Assembly: GCA_030603365.1 (NCBI GenBank)
Contig: JAUVXV010000001.1
Location: 544,001-608,000 of the forward strand
Direction: 5' to 3'
DNA: 64,000 nucleotides
Source of the DNA: Candidatus Heimdallarchaeota archaeon
GTDB taxonomy: Archaea; Asgardarchaeota; Heimdallarchaeia; Heimdallarchaeales; Heimdallarchaeaceae
The number at the start of each line of letters is the position of its first letter. The first letter of the stretch is position 1. Below are positions 48,810 through 58,044 of the stretch, piece after piece. Under the pieces are notes generated by a model that made no database searches, was not told where the DNA came from, and saw nothing but the letters and a program-made list of their open reading frames with translations. Position numbers and translations under genes: made by a program.

Positions 48810-50372
48810 ATGAGTGAATATGATATGAAACAAAAAATACTAACATTTGTTATTTTGATAACTTTGTTTTCCTCTATTCAAGGATTTAATGCTATTTCTT
48901 ATACTAACCAAGAAACTAGTGATTTCATAATAATCAATGATTTCGTTATACCATACTTTGAAAATGTTGTTTTTATTACATGGGATGGAACAAATTACAA
49001 AGTTCTAGAGGATATGATGGATGATGGAAGACTCGTTAATACAAATAAAGTAGATCAAACTGGTTATAGACAAACTATTAGAATCACTTCCCATTTAACA
49101 AGTACCAATCCCGGTTTAGCTTGCATGGAAACTGGTTATGGACCCGATATAAATCTTATACCTTACAATATGTTTGGACCTGGAACTATCAAACAATCAA
49201 TTCCTGATAACTTGACTATTGCTGAACGATTGAAAGAATCATTTGGAGATGACGTTACAACCATGTTCGTTTATTCATGGCAAACTGCTGAAATGGATAT
49301 GACCTATATCAATCAGGACCCCATGATTGATCCCATTTATAATAATATGAAAGAAGAAATAGATTTGTACTTCGCATCTGAGAACATTTCTTGGACTCCA
49401 GATGACCCCGATGCTCAAGCTGCAAATTTCCATGGATTCAGTGAGGAACTTCAGCTATATGTTTCTCCAGTCATGAAAGCAGATTATTTGGGAAATGTAG
49501 CTGTAGATTTTCTCAAAAATGTTACTACAGATAGATTCTTTTTGCGTGTTCATTTCACAGAACCAGATCAAGCAGGACATGGTTATGGAGTAACTGACAC
49601 ACTAACTGGAGAATACACTGAAGGGTATGTGCAGTCATTGATAGATTGTGACATAGCAACAGGAACCATTTTAGATCAGCTAGAAAGCATGGGTGTCTTA
49701 GACGAAACCTTGGTAATAATCGGTGCTGATCATGGTATGTATGATCATGGTCATGATGGCGGTATATGGCCTTCCAATACTGATGAAATAACAACAAATA
49801 CCTTCATTTTCAGTAATGATTCAGTAGAACATCCACTAGGTGTGCCTGTTTATCAAAGGGATATTGCTCCAACTATTCTTGCATCTATGGGTGTTGATCT
49901 TTTATCAGTTAGTCCTCTCTATATAAGAGATGCTCAAACTGGAGTACCTTTCTGGGAATTGTATGAAACAACAAAACCAAAACTCTATGAAACCTATTAT
50001 CAAACAGCTGGAAACATCTATCAACTAATTAATGAAAATGCAACCATAAATGGTGTATTTAACATAAGTATGGTTATTTTTGACTGGTGTGACGACTTAA
50101 CAGGTGTTCTAGACGTAGGTGATTTAGAGTTTAACTCAATTGCATCATCCTGGTCAAGAGTTATCTGGAGAAATATAGATTTAACGGCTCTAGAAGGTGG
50201 TCCAATAAAATTGAATTTCACGGTCACGGATACTTTTGGAAATAGTGAAATCAAACAATTAGATACCAACATTAATGTAGCTGATGATACTCCAATTTCA
50301 GTTTGGTTTTCTATTTTGGCTATTCTTGCTATTGGAACTGCAGCTTACTTGAAAAAGAAAAATAAATTCTAA
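48810..50372 (+). CDS. Membrane-anchored alkaline-phosphatase-superfamily (NPP-like) enzyme
   Basis: ITWDG, TSTNPG (Thr nucleophile), PDQAGHGYG, ADHG, RDIAPTIL; signal peptide and C-terminal anchor. Confidence 0.85.
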   Translation: MSEYDMKQKILTFVILITLFSSIQGFNAISYTNQETSDFIIINDFVIPYFENVVFITWDGTNYKVLEDMMDDGRLVNTNKVDQTGYRQTIRITSHLTSTNPGLACMETGYGPDINLIPYNMFGPGTIKQSIPDNLTIAERLKESFGDDVTTMFVYSWQTAEMDMTYINQDPMIDPIYNNMKEEIDLYFASENISWTPDDPDAQAANFHGFSEELQLYVSPVMKADYLGNVAVDFLKNVTTDRFFLRVHFTEPDQAGHGYGVTDTLTGEYTEGYVQSLIDCDIATGTILDQLESMGVLDETLVIIGADHGMYDHGHDGGIWPSNTDEITTNTFIFSNDSVEHPLGVPVYQRDIAPTILASMGVDLLSVSPLYIRDAQTGVPFWELYETTKPKLYETYYQTAGNIYQLINENATINGVFNISMVIFDWCDDLTGVLDVGDLEFNSIASSWSRVIWRNIDLTALEGGPIKLNFTVTDTFGNSEIKQLDTNINVADDTPISVWFSILAILAIGTAAYLKKKNKF

Positions 50373-50392
50373 TCTCTTTTTTTCTTTCTTTT

Positions 50393-51997
50393 TTATTGAA
50401 AACTTATTTTCTTTTGTTCATACCCAATTTTATTGCCATTTTCATCTTGGAAAATAAAATCAATAAAAGTAGGTCCAAGAAAGTTTGTTGCAGGAATCTC
50501 AATCATCAAAGGTTCGTGGGAATTAGGTGTTATTTGTAAAGGATAGAGGTGACTCGTATATAATCCGCCTCTAACAAAAGAAACACGGAGTGTTCCAATA
50601 ATTGTTTCATCATTTCGATTATAGAGATGAACTGGAATGCTGAATGGTTTATGAACAGGGGCAGTTTTGGGTGCTGTAACTCTAATCTCAATTTCTTTAT
50701 CCTGCTGTTCTAAATCTAGACTGGGTAATGAATACTTCATATTTATATTCTCAAAGAATGTTCCCTTTATCTGCTCTACTTCTTCTTTTGTTGGGCCATT
50801 ACTATGTTCTTTTATTGGTTGCTTATCCCAAATTACTTGTTTATGCGAGTGTATTGCAACTTTGTTAGTATTCATATCATCATAACTGTAACGAATTTCT
50901 CTGATATTAGTGTCACCCAATGTATTTCCTCTCTGAAAAATAATACAACTAGGATTTCTGTAAAGGTATCTGAAATCATGCTGTAGAGTTGGATCTATCG
51001 GTATCCAAATGCCATTTGAAAAGAATTCTGCTTGCGCATGATAAACCCAACCTTCAAATTCGCTTAGAACAATACTTGTTGTCATTCTTGCTGGTACTGA
51101 AGCTGCTCTACATAAACTGACAAATAAGGAGGCAAATTCTGTACAATCGCCAATATTATTTTCAATTGCAAAACCTGCTCCATAATCTCCATCTTGAGGA
51201 ACATATTTGATGTTATCTTTTACATACTTCAAAAAAGAAAGGACTTTGTTTAACGGAGTATGAGAGCTGTATTTTCTTGCAATTGATTTAATTTTCTCAT
51301 GATTTGATTCTATAAATGGTTCTGATTGTACATAGTTTCTATAAGTTTCAGGGTAGTATTTGGCAATGTCTTTTTCTTCTCCTCTTATCCGAGTTATGTC
51401 ATAAGAAACCAAACGAGTAATTAGGGAAGACTTATACGCAACAGTTATCTTTTCTTTTGGATTAATTTGATGGAAATAATATCTTAACCATCTATTTCCG
51501 TCTCGATCTGTAACAAGTTTAGAAGGTTTGTAATTGCAGTCAACTTCTGTTATATGTTGAATAGGAGAAATATTCGGGGGGAGGGCAATATCAACAACGA
51601 AATTATTTATGGGAAAATTATTAGGGTTAGAAATCTGAACACCATAATAAAGTATCCACCTGTATATCAAGTGATTGCTTGTTCGTATATTGATTTTCTC
51701 TCTAAGTTTAAAATCTCCATCTATTTGTAGAACATATGTACCTGAATAAAGATCAGGCGTTATAGGAAAAGAGTAAATCCTTTTCAAACCCGTATCGTCT
51801 AATCGAACTTGATCTGAATCAACGATTGTACCGATTGGAGAGATAAACAGAATGTGCAATTTTTGATTCCTTTTTGTTTGTACAAATGGAATATCATCCT
51901 TCTTACCTGAAATTAAAATAGTGTCCCCTACTTCAGCAGGTTTGTTTAAGGAAATTGATTGATTTTTGTTCTGTTTTACATGAAATACTTCGATCAT
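50393..51997 (-). CDS. Transglutaminase-like protein
   Basis: Catalytic triad GDCTEFA / YHAQAE / WIPIDPT, flanked by beta-sandwich regions. Confidence 0.85.
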   Translation of the reverse strand: MIEVFHVKQNKNQSISLNKPAEVGDTILISGKKDDIPFVQTKRNQKLHILFISPIGTIVDSDQVRLDDTGLKRIYSFPITPDLYSGTYVLQIDGDFKLREKINIRTSNHLIYRWILYYGVQISNPNNFPINNFVVDIALPPNISPIQHITEVDCNYKPSKLVTDRDGNRWLRYYFHQINPKEKITVAYKSSLITRLVSYDITRIRGEEKDIAKYYPETYRNYVQSEPFIESNHEKIKSIARKYSSHTPLNKVLSFLKYVKDNIKYVPQDGDYGAGFAIENNIGDCTEFASLFVSLCRAASVPARMTTSIVLSEFEGWVYHAQAEFFSNGIWIPIDPTLQHDFRYLYRNPSCIIFQRGNTLGDTNIREIRYSYDDMNTNKVAIHSHKQVIWDKQPIKEHSNGPTKEEVEQIKGTFFENINMKYSLPSLDLEQQDKEIEIRVTAPKTAPVHKPFSIPVHLYNRNDETIIGTLRVSFVRGGLYTSHLYPLQITPNSHEPLMIEIPATNFLGPTFIDFIFQDENGNKIGYEQKKISFQ

Positions 51998-52297
51998 TTG
52001 TCTGACACTAGTTTGTAATGCTCAGTAAGCTATGAAGTACTGTACTTCCGTAGTTCCTCCTTATATTTCATTACTAAAATTTTCAATATAAATTTACGTA
52101 ATATTGTCGGAGTGTTAAACTGCAAATGTGCGGTCTTTTCACTATTCATTCCAATTATTAAAATAGATTCACCCTTATTTTATATTGTTGATTTTAAGGT
52201 ATTTTTGTCGGTATATGCTTTTCAATCCTTTAATCAGAAAAGTTTAATTAGGAGAAGTTTCTCTTATTTACTGCACACATGTGCACGGTGAAATAAA

Positions 52298-53329
52298 ATG
52301 AACAGAAAATATATTTTCAGTTTAATTCTAATTGTGGGAATGATTGCCGGCATGACTACAACACATGCAGTCGTAACCGAAATAGAATTTAGTGGCGTTG
52401 TCATAGCCTTTGATATCTATCATGGTGGTTACCACGCTAACGATGTTGACAATCTCTTTGCTAATCTAACCGCAGCTGGAAACACAGTTACATATATTAA
52501 TCAGACTTGGGGACTTCCCGCAGATCTTGATGTATTATTCCTAACTGAAGCAGATTCTGGTGCAAACTGGACAGATGCTGAAGTAGCAGATATTGCTGCT
52601 TGGATGGCACTTGGAAGCAAATTGCTCTGGGTAGCTGGTGATTCTGATTATGCAGGAATATTTGATCCAGTTCCAATTAACAACGTGTTAAATGCAACAG
52701 GAGCTATTGTAAGACTAGATGGTTCATCAATTTCTGATCCTGTCTTCAATGACGGTGCTTCATACAGAGTAGCTGCACCATACTTTGGTTATGGTGATCC
52801 TCTTTATGATACATATCCAGTTTTGAACGCATCACAAGATTGTACAGCAGGTGCTATCTTCCATGGTCCTGGTGCAATTATTGCATGGAATGGATATGAA
52901 TACAGAGATTTGCGATATGGTAAATCTGTCTTCCCAGAAAGAGTCTGGGTATTAATGAGATACAGTGAAAATGCTACTGCTGATGATGCAGATACAAGCG
53001 ATGACTATTTAGGTCTAGATTTGTATTCTAATTCAACTACAGAAGGAAACTATCCAGCATTGGTTTATGAACACTTAATAAACATAGACAGTCACATCAT
53101 TGCAGGTGGAGAAGCAATCTATTCAGACTACAAATACATGTATAACCAGGAAACAGAAGTTGGAATATACAATAACGGAACCACATTTGGTCAAGTTATT
53201 GTCAATAATATTCTAAATTGGTTACTACCACTACCTGAAGTAGTCCCAGACGATACAAGCGCTTCAATTGCTCTAATACCTTTGGCATTCATTGGTGTTA
53301 TCTACGCAATTTCCCGCAAAAGAAAGTAA
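52298..53329 (+). CDS. Secreted, membrane-anchored GldG/GIFT-like (DUF4350-like) protein
   Basis: Signal peptide, IAFDIYHG...LDVLFL...WTDAEV..I..W...KLLWVAGDSDY, C-terminal TM helix plus RKRK; GGTGA SD. Confidence 0.6.
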   Translation: MNRKYIFSLILIVGMIAGMTTTHAVVTEIEFSGVVIAFDIYHGGYHANDVDNLFANLTAAGNTVTYINQTWGLPADLDVLFLTEADSGANWTDAEVADIAAWMALGSKLLWVAGDSDYAGIFDPVPINNVLNATGAIVRLDGSSISDPVFNDGASYRVAAPYFGYGDPLYDTYPVLNASQDCTAGAIFHGPGAIIAWNGYEYRDLRYGKSVFPERVWVLMRYSENATADDADTSDDYLGLDLYSNSTTEGNYPALVYEHLINIDSHIIAGGEAIYSDYKYMYNQETEVGIYNNGTTFGQVIVNNILNWLLPLPEVVPDDTSASIALIPLAFIGVIYAISRKRK

Positions 53330-53335
53330 TTAAAC

Positions 53336-53372
53336 TAATTTTCTTTTTTTCTTTCTTTTTTTTATTTGTTTT
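53336..53372 (+). terminator. Oligo-T terminator
   Basis: Long T runs directly after the stop codon. Confidence 0.6.
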
Positions 53373-53451
53373 AAAAATCTCACACTAGATTCTAACTAAA
53401 CCTTAAATATGGTAGGTATCCTTATTTTCTGCAAAAAGAACGTGGTATCTG

Positions 53452-53865
53452 ATGGTTCTAATTTGGGGATATACCTCTACAAACACCTTAGAAAAGAATA
53501 AAGAGATAGGAAGGGGAGTTCAAGAAGTTAAACAGTTGTTCTCTGCTTTATTGTTTCAAACTGGAATCAAAGGGGTTTGTGTAAATATAGCAGCATTCCA
53601 TGAAAATACAACTGCAAGAATTAGTTTGTATATTGACTCAGAAAAAGTGTTTGAAACAGATTTTTCACCTGAAGAAGCTAGAGAGTACATCTTTGAATTA
53701 GAGAACAAAGTTCATCCTGTATTAAAAATTGAAGTTGCTCTCCAAGTTATAGAAGGTTTAGTGGAAGTACCCTTATCCTCAATTGGAATTGGTATGGGTT
53801 TTCAAAGGACAAATGAAGATTTCCTCCCCACAAATCACTTAGCTCTGGGATTAATTCTTCCTTAG
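53452..53865 (+). CDS. Hypothetical protein
   Basis: 137-aa beta-rich ORF; no family recognised. Confidence 0.55.
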   Translation: MVLIWGYTSTNTLEKNKEIGRGVQEVKQLFSALLFQTGIKGVCVNIAAFHENTTARISLYIDSEKVFETDFSPEEAREYIFELENKVHPVLKIEVALQVIEGLVEVPLSSIGIGMGFQRTNEDFLPTNHLALGLILP

Positions 53866-54365
53866 TCTAATATTTTTTTTCGCATTGAAAATAGTTTTAC
53901 AACATAACCAAGTTTATCGTAGAAATCTACTCCCTCTTTATTTAAGGAATGAACATACAATGATAATTCATTTGCATTATTATTTTTAGCAAACTCGTTT
54001 TCAAATCTCGCCATTAAAGCTGATCCAACACCAGCTCTTCTTAACGGTTTGATTACAGCTATATCTGAAATGTGAGCAATTATGCGTTTCTTAAAGAATC
54101 CTGAATGCTTTTTGACATATCCGAAAAGAAAACCTATAATTTCATTATTCCTTCGAGCAATATATACAATCTGTGAAGAATCATGCACTGCTTTAGAAAT
54201 CATAAAACTAAAATTAGTTCTACCATCTTTATCTAGTGTAAAATCATCATCAAATTCAGAATGCCAATTAATTACCTCTTCCCAGATGTCTATTATAGTT
54301 TTTATTGTTTCTTTAGAAGCAACTTTGAGTTCAGAAATGATAAAATCTTCAGTTTCATTGCCCAT
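53862..54365 (-). CDS. GNAT acetyltransferase
   Basis: ISDIAV...RRAGVGSALM, N..GVDFYDKLGY. Confidence 0.88.
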   Translation of the reverse strand: MGNETEDFIISELKVASKETIKTIIDIWEEVINWHSEFDDDFTLDKDGRTNFSFMISKAVHDSSQIVYIARRNNEIIGFLFGYVKKHSGFFKKRIIAHISDIAVIKPLRRAGVGSALMARFENEFAKNNNANELSLYVHSLNKEGVDFYDKLGYVVKLFSMRKKILD

Positions 54366-54510
54366 AGGAATATACTATCCTTCTAGTTTGTATGTTTTGT
54401 GATTGATATATCAAAATTAATTGGAATAAGTTGTAGACTAACTTTTTTAATTGAGTTACCAATTCATCACATTCAACACGAAATATATTCATTACAAGGA
54501 GTATTTAGTT

Positions 54511-55770
54511 ATGCTTGCGAATAATCCTGCTCAAGATTTCCTTGGGTTTGAAAGAGATCTTTCTGATATTCTGAAGTTTAAAGAGAAGAATTCAATTTAT
54601 GATGTAAAACTAAAAAACAAAAGGGTGCTTGTCAGAGCTGATTTTAATGTACCCTTAAATAAAGATGGAGAGATTACAGATTCTCAAAGAATTGAAAAAG
54701 CCTTACCAACGATTAAATATCTCCAAGAAATGAATTGTAAAATCATTTTAATTTCTCATCTAGGAAGACCTAAAGGTAAAGTTGTAAAAGAATTGAGACT
54801 TGATCCTGTTTTCAAAAAACTTCAAGAATTCTTACCATTGACAAACGTCTACAAAGCAGAAGATTGTATAGGTCCTGAAGTAGAAGAAACGGTAATGAAA
54901 CTAAAGAAAGGAGAGGTACTCTTACTAGAAAATTCTCGCTTTCATGCAGGAGAAAAAGAAAACAGTGCTAATTTTTCTGCTGCTTTATCCAAACTTGCTG
55001 ATGTTTATATTACTGATGCTTTTGCAACAGCACATAGAAAACATTCCTCAACTTACGGTGTGTGCAATTATCTTAAAGAAAACGGATATGGATTTTTGAT
55101 GAAGAAGGAATTAGAGTATCTTGCAACAAGCATCGAGAACCCCAAAAGACCTTTTACAGTGATTCTTGGTGGAGCTAAAGTAAAAGATAAACTTGACGTA
55201 ATTCAATATCTTATAGGGCTTGCAGATAACATCCTTATTGGTGGGGGGATGGCATTCACTTTTCTTTTAGCAAAGGGCTTTTCTGTTGGACAATCAATTA
55301 AAGATGAATCAAAACTTGAAAAAGTAAAAAATTATCTTAAGATTGATTCACAGGGAACAAAAATCTTCCTTCCTAAAGATGTTGTAGTTTGTGATGACAT
55401 TAACTCCCCCAATAAAATAGAAACTGTATCCATAGAAAGCATTAGTGAAAAAGACATTGGAGTTGATATAGGTCCAAAAACGATTAGCAAATATAAAGAA
55501 ATTTTAGACGATTCAGCACAAGTAATTTGGAATGGTCCTTTGGGAATATTTGAGAAAGAGGAGTTTGAAAAAGGAACAAAAGAGATTGCGGAATATCTTG
55601 TAGAAAATGAGATTTATACAATTGTTGGAGGAGGAGATAGTGCTGCTGCATTTGAGAAATTTAATCTACAGGATGAAGTTTCATTCATTTCTACAGGTGG
55701 AGGAGCAAGTCTTGAAATAATGAAAGGTGCTCTTTTACCTGGTATTGCTTGTTTACAGGATAAAAAATAG
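54511..55770 (+). CDS. pgk: Phosphoglycerate kinase (bacterial-like)
   Basis: RADFNVP, SHLGRP, LLENSRF, DAFATAHR, GGAKV.DK, WNGPLG.FE, GGGDS, STGGGASL; AAGGAG before ATG 54511. Confidence 0.95.
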   Translation: MLANNPAQDFLGFERDLSDILKFKEKNSIYDVKLKNKRVLVRADFNVPLNKDGEITDSQRIEKALPTIKYLQEMNCKIILISHLGRPKGKVVKELRLDPVFKKLQEFLPLTNVYKAEDCIGPEVEETVMKLKKGEVLLLENSRFHAGEKENSANFSAALSKLADVYITDAFATAHRKHSSTYGVCNYLKENGYGFLMKKELEYLATSIENPKRPFTVILGGAKVKDKLDVIQYLIGLADNILIGGGMAFTFLLAKGFSVGQSIKDESKLEKVKNYLKIDSQGTKIFLPKDVVVCDDINSPNKIETVSIESISEKDIGVDIGPKTISKYKEILDDSAQVIWNGPLGIFEKEEFEKGTKEIAEYLVENEIYTIVGGGDSAAAFEKFNLQDEVSFISTGGGASLEIMKGALLPGIACLQDKK

Positions 55771-55773
55771 GGC

Positions 55774-57372
55774 TTAAAATAATAGTGCGATCAAATAGCA
55801 CCCTAAAGCGACAACAGCACCAACAATTATGCTAAAAAGATTAACAAAGTCATTTCTTATCCATTTTACACCGGAATGATGAGTTGCTATCTTTTGGCAA
55901 TGTTCTTTTTTCTCTGTTACTTTACCACAAACTACACATTTATTCATTTTCTGTATAGTACAAGCAAAAATACTATCCATATAAGCACCAGCAAATCCAC
56001 CAATTATAACAGGAATAACAAAAATTAGGAAATTTGAAGGAAACCCTACTAAAGCTAAACTATCAATTTGTGCCACTCCAAGTCCAATGAACGCAATTAT
56101 TGCAGCTCCTAGAAAAGATGCTAATAAACCTGTAAACGATGTTGCTCCAGGTGTTCCCCTAGAAACCTTTATCCATGGTTTGATGGATAGTCGTGGTTCA
56201 TTCCTTGACAGAGCACCAATTTCAGTTCCTAAAGTGTCTGCTAAACTTACAGCTATAGCTCCAGCTCCTACTATAGTGATTATTGGTTTATCACGAATAA
56301 GCACTATCAAAAATGTCATGATTGCGGGTATAATACTGTTAACCATCGCCTGAACACTGTCTCTTGCTGTATCTCCCTTCTCATATTCCTGACTAACACC
56401 TTCTTTCCTTTTTTTACCAATAAAAGATGAAAGGCTTCCTAATATGAAGAAAGCAAAATACATAGCTCCCCATGTCCATGATCCCAATCCTAAAATTACG
56501 ATACCAAAGTAAAAACCTGCCATTCCTCCATCCCAAGTTAAAGCCTTAAAAATTATACTAACTGTTGCTATTACTAAACCTACAATTGCAGCAGTAATAA
56601 TAGCTATTATAGAAATTTCAGTACTTAGATTAATAAGATTCCCACCGAACAAACTGTAAAGTCCAAAAAGTACTATTGCATTCGCTGCTGGAATTGCAAT
56701 GTTGTCAAATCCTTTTGGAGTAAGTGCTTCAATAAACGCAGTTACAAATCCAGTTAAAAGCCCAATGTAAATACATACTTCGACAGATTCAGCAGATCTG
56801 AATAATATCAAACACCCAATTGTAACTGATATAAATGTTGCAAAAGCTGCTGCCCAACTACCAAGTAATGTTTTAGTTCCCCCAAAGATCTTGTAAGCTT
56901 TATTGTTCCCAAATTTGGAACCTATAACTGCACTAATTCCATCGCCCCAAACTAAAGGTAAAAATGAGCCAATAAGAATTATATTGTTTTGATTATTGGG
57001 ATCTTTATCAAAGAAAAGAGCAACAAGAATAGTAAGAGAAATGGCGTAAAACACAGTTCCATATGCATGACCAGATTCCACTCCTTTTAGTCTAAACTTC
57101 TTTATTGGTGATGCTGGACAAGTGAAGTAAGTGAATGGTATAAAGAAAACTGGTCCAATTAAAGCAAACCAAACACTTGAAAAAACAAAAGGAAGTATTA
57201 CTACTACATTTCCCACTGATAAATGAACAATTTTTCTCGATGTAGCTCCTGATACTTTATCTTTTCGTCGCAATACTTCAGCTAGAATTAGGGCTGCTAG
57301 AACAAAAACAAATAAGCCTGCTAATCCTAATATGTCGCTAAGTTCAATTGACGTTGGAATAGTGTAATCCAT
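55774..57372 (-). CDS. Fusion of a phytol/dolichol-kinase (CTP-dependent) domain and a DUF92/TMEM19 domain
   Basis: N-half RKIVH, WGDG.SA.IG, KT..GS, DNIAIP; C-half ADTLGTEIG, GTPGA.S..GL, DS...TIQ..C.VCG..TE, NDFVN. Confidence 0.8.
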   Translation of the reverse strand: MDYTIPTSIELSDILGLAGLFVFVLAALILAEVLRRKDKVSGATSRKIVHLSVGNVVVILPFVFSSVWFALIGPVFFIPFTYFTCPASPIKKFRLKGVESGHAYGTVFYAISLTILVALFFDKDPNNQNNIILIGSFLPLVWGDGISAVIGSKFGNNKAYKIFGGTKTLLGSWAAAFATFISVTIGCLILFRSAESVEVCIYIGLLTGFVTAFIEALTPKGFDNIAIPAANAIVLFGLYSLFGGNLINLSTEISIIAIITAAIVGLVIATVSIIFKALTWDGGMAGFYFGIVILGLGSWTWGAMYFAFFILGSLSSFIGKKRKEGVSQEYEKGDTARDSVQAMVNSIIPAIMTFLIVLIRDKPIITIVGAGAIAVSLADTLGTEIGALSRNEPRLSIKPWIKVSRGTPGATSFTGLLASFLGAAIIAFIGLGVAQIDSLALVGFPSNFLIFVIPVIIGGFAGAYMDSIFACTIQKMNKCVVCGKVTEKKEHCQKIATHHSGVKWIRNDFVNLFSIIVGAVVALGCYLIALLF

Positions 57373-57450
57373 GTATTATTCCTCTAATCTCTATATGATT
57401 AAACTGATTTCACTTGCTTTAAGGGTGAAATCAAGCGGATGGTTAAAAAT

Positions 57451-58044
57451 CTACTGCTCGCTAAATGCGTCTCCTTTTTCTAAGCTTTCCAAACCCTTTA
57501 CTTTGTCTACAACTGATCTCATCCCCTCACAACGTGGGTGATAAAACTGTTCACAGTTCCTACACACTTGTTCGTTTTTCCGATCCCTGAATCTTGTAAA
57601 GTAAGCTCGACTACCAAAGTATACAGACAGTGTAATAATTATTACTGCAAAAGCTCCCCAATCCATTCCTTTAGTTAATTCAACTATAGCTAAAATAACA
57701 GACAAACCAGCACTAATCATAGCAATTCCTAATAGAAAACGACTGATGTCTTTAAACCATCTTGGGGGTTTCAAAAATGCACTTATGGGAGTTAAAATAA
57801 ACATTGAATTAGTAGCAATAAATGCTATCCAGAAACTAATATGTAGAACAAAAACAACTATTGGAGCTAATATCAAACCAAATATCATCCCACTGTAGAG
57901 ATTTAAACAACCTCTACATACTTTTCTTCCTTTGATAGTATAAACATGGTCATCAAATTTAGTGCAGAGTGGGTGATGTGCTAAACGGTATGGTGAAAGT
58001 ACCCATTTTTCTCGTCTAGTCATCTTTTTCGGTTTTTGTACCAC
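57451..58044 (-). CDS. DUF2085-like Cys/His membrane protein
   Basis: HHPLC...VCRGC..LYSG, four TM helices, CRNC...C. Confidence 0.6.
   Translation of the reverse strand: MVQKPKKMTRREKWVLSPYRLAHHPLCTKFDDHVYTIKGRKVCRGCLNLYSGMIFGLILAPIVVFVLHISFWIAFIATNSMFILTPISAFLKPPRWFKDISRFLLGIAMISAGLSVILAIVELTKGMDWGAFAVIIITLSVYFGSRAYFTRFRDRKNEQVCRNCEQFYHPRCEGMRSVVDKVKGLESLEKGDAFSEQ

Noticed and set aside
52272-52286. tgcac-acat-gtgca inverted repeat before the 52298 gene
   Set aside because: A single 5-bp stem, too short to support an operator or RNA element.
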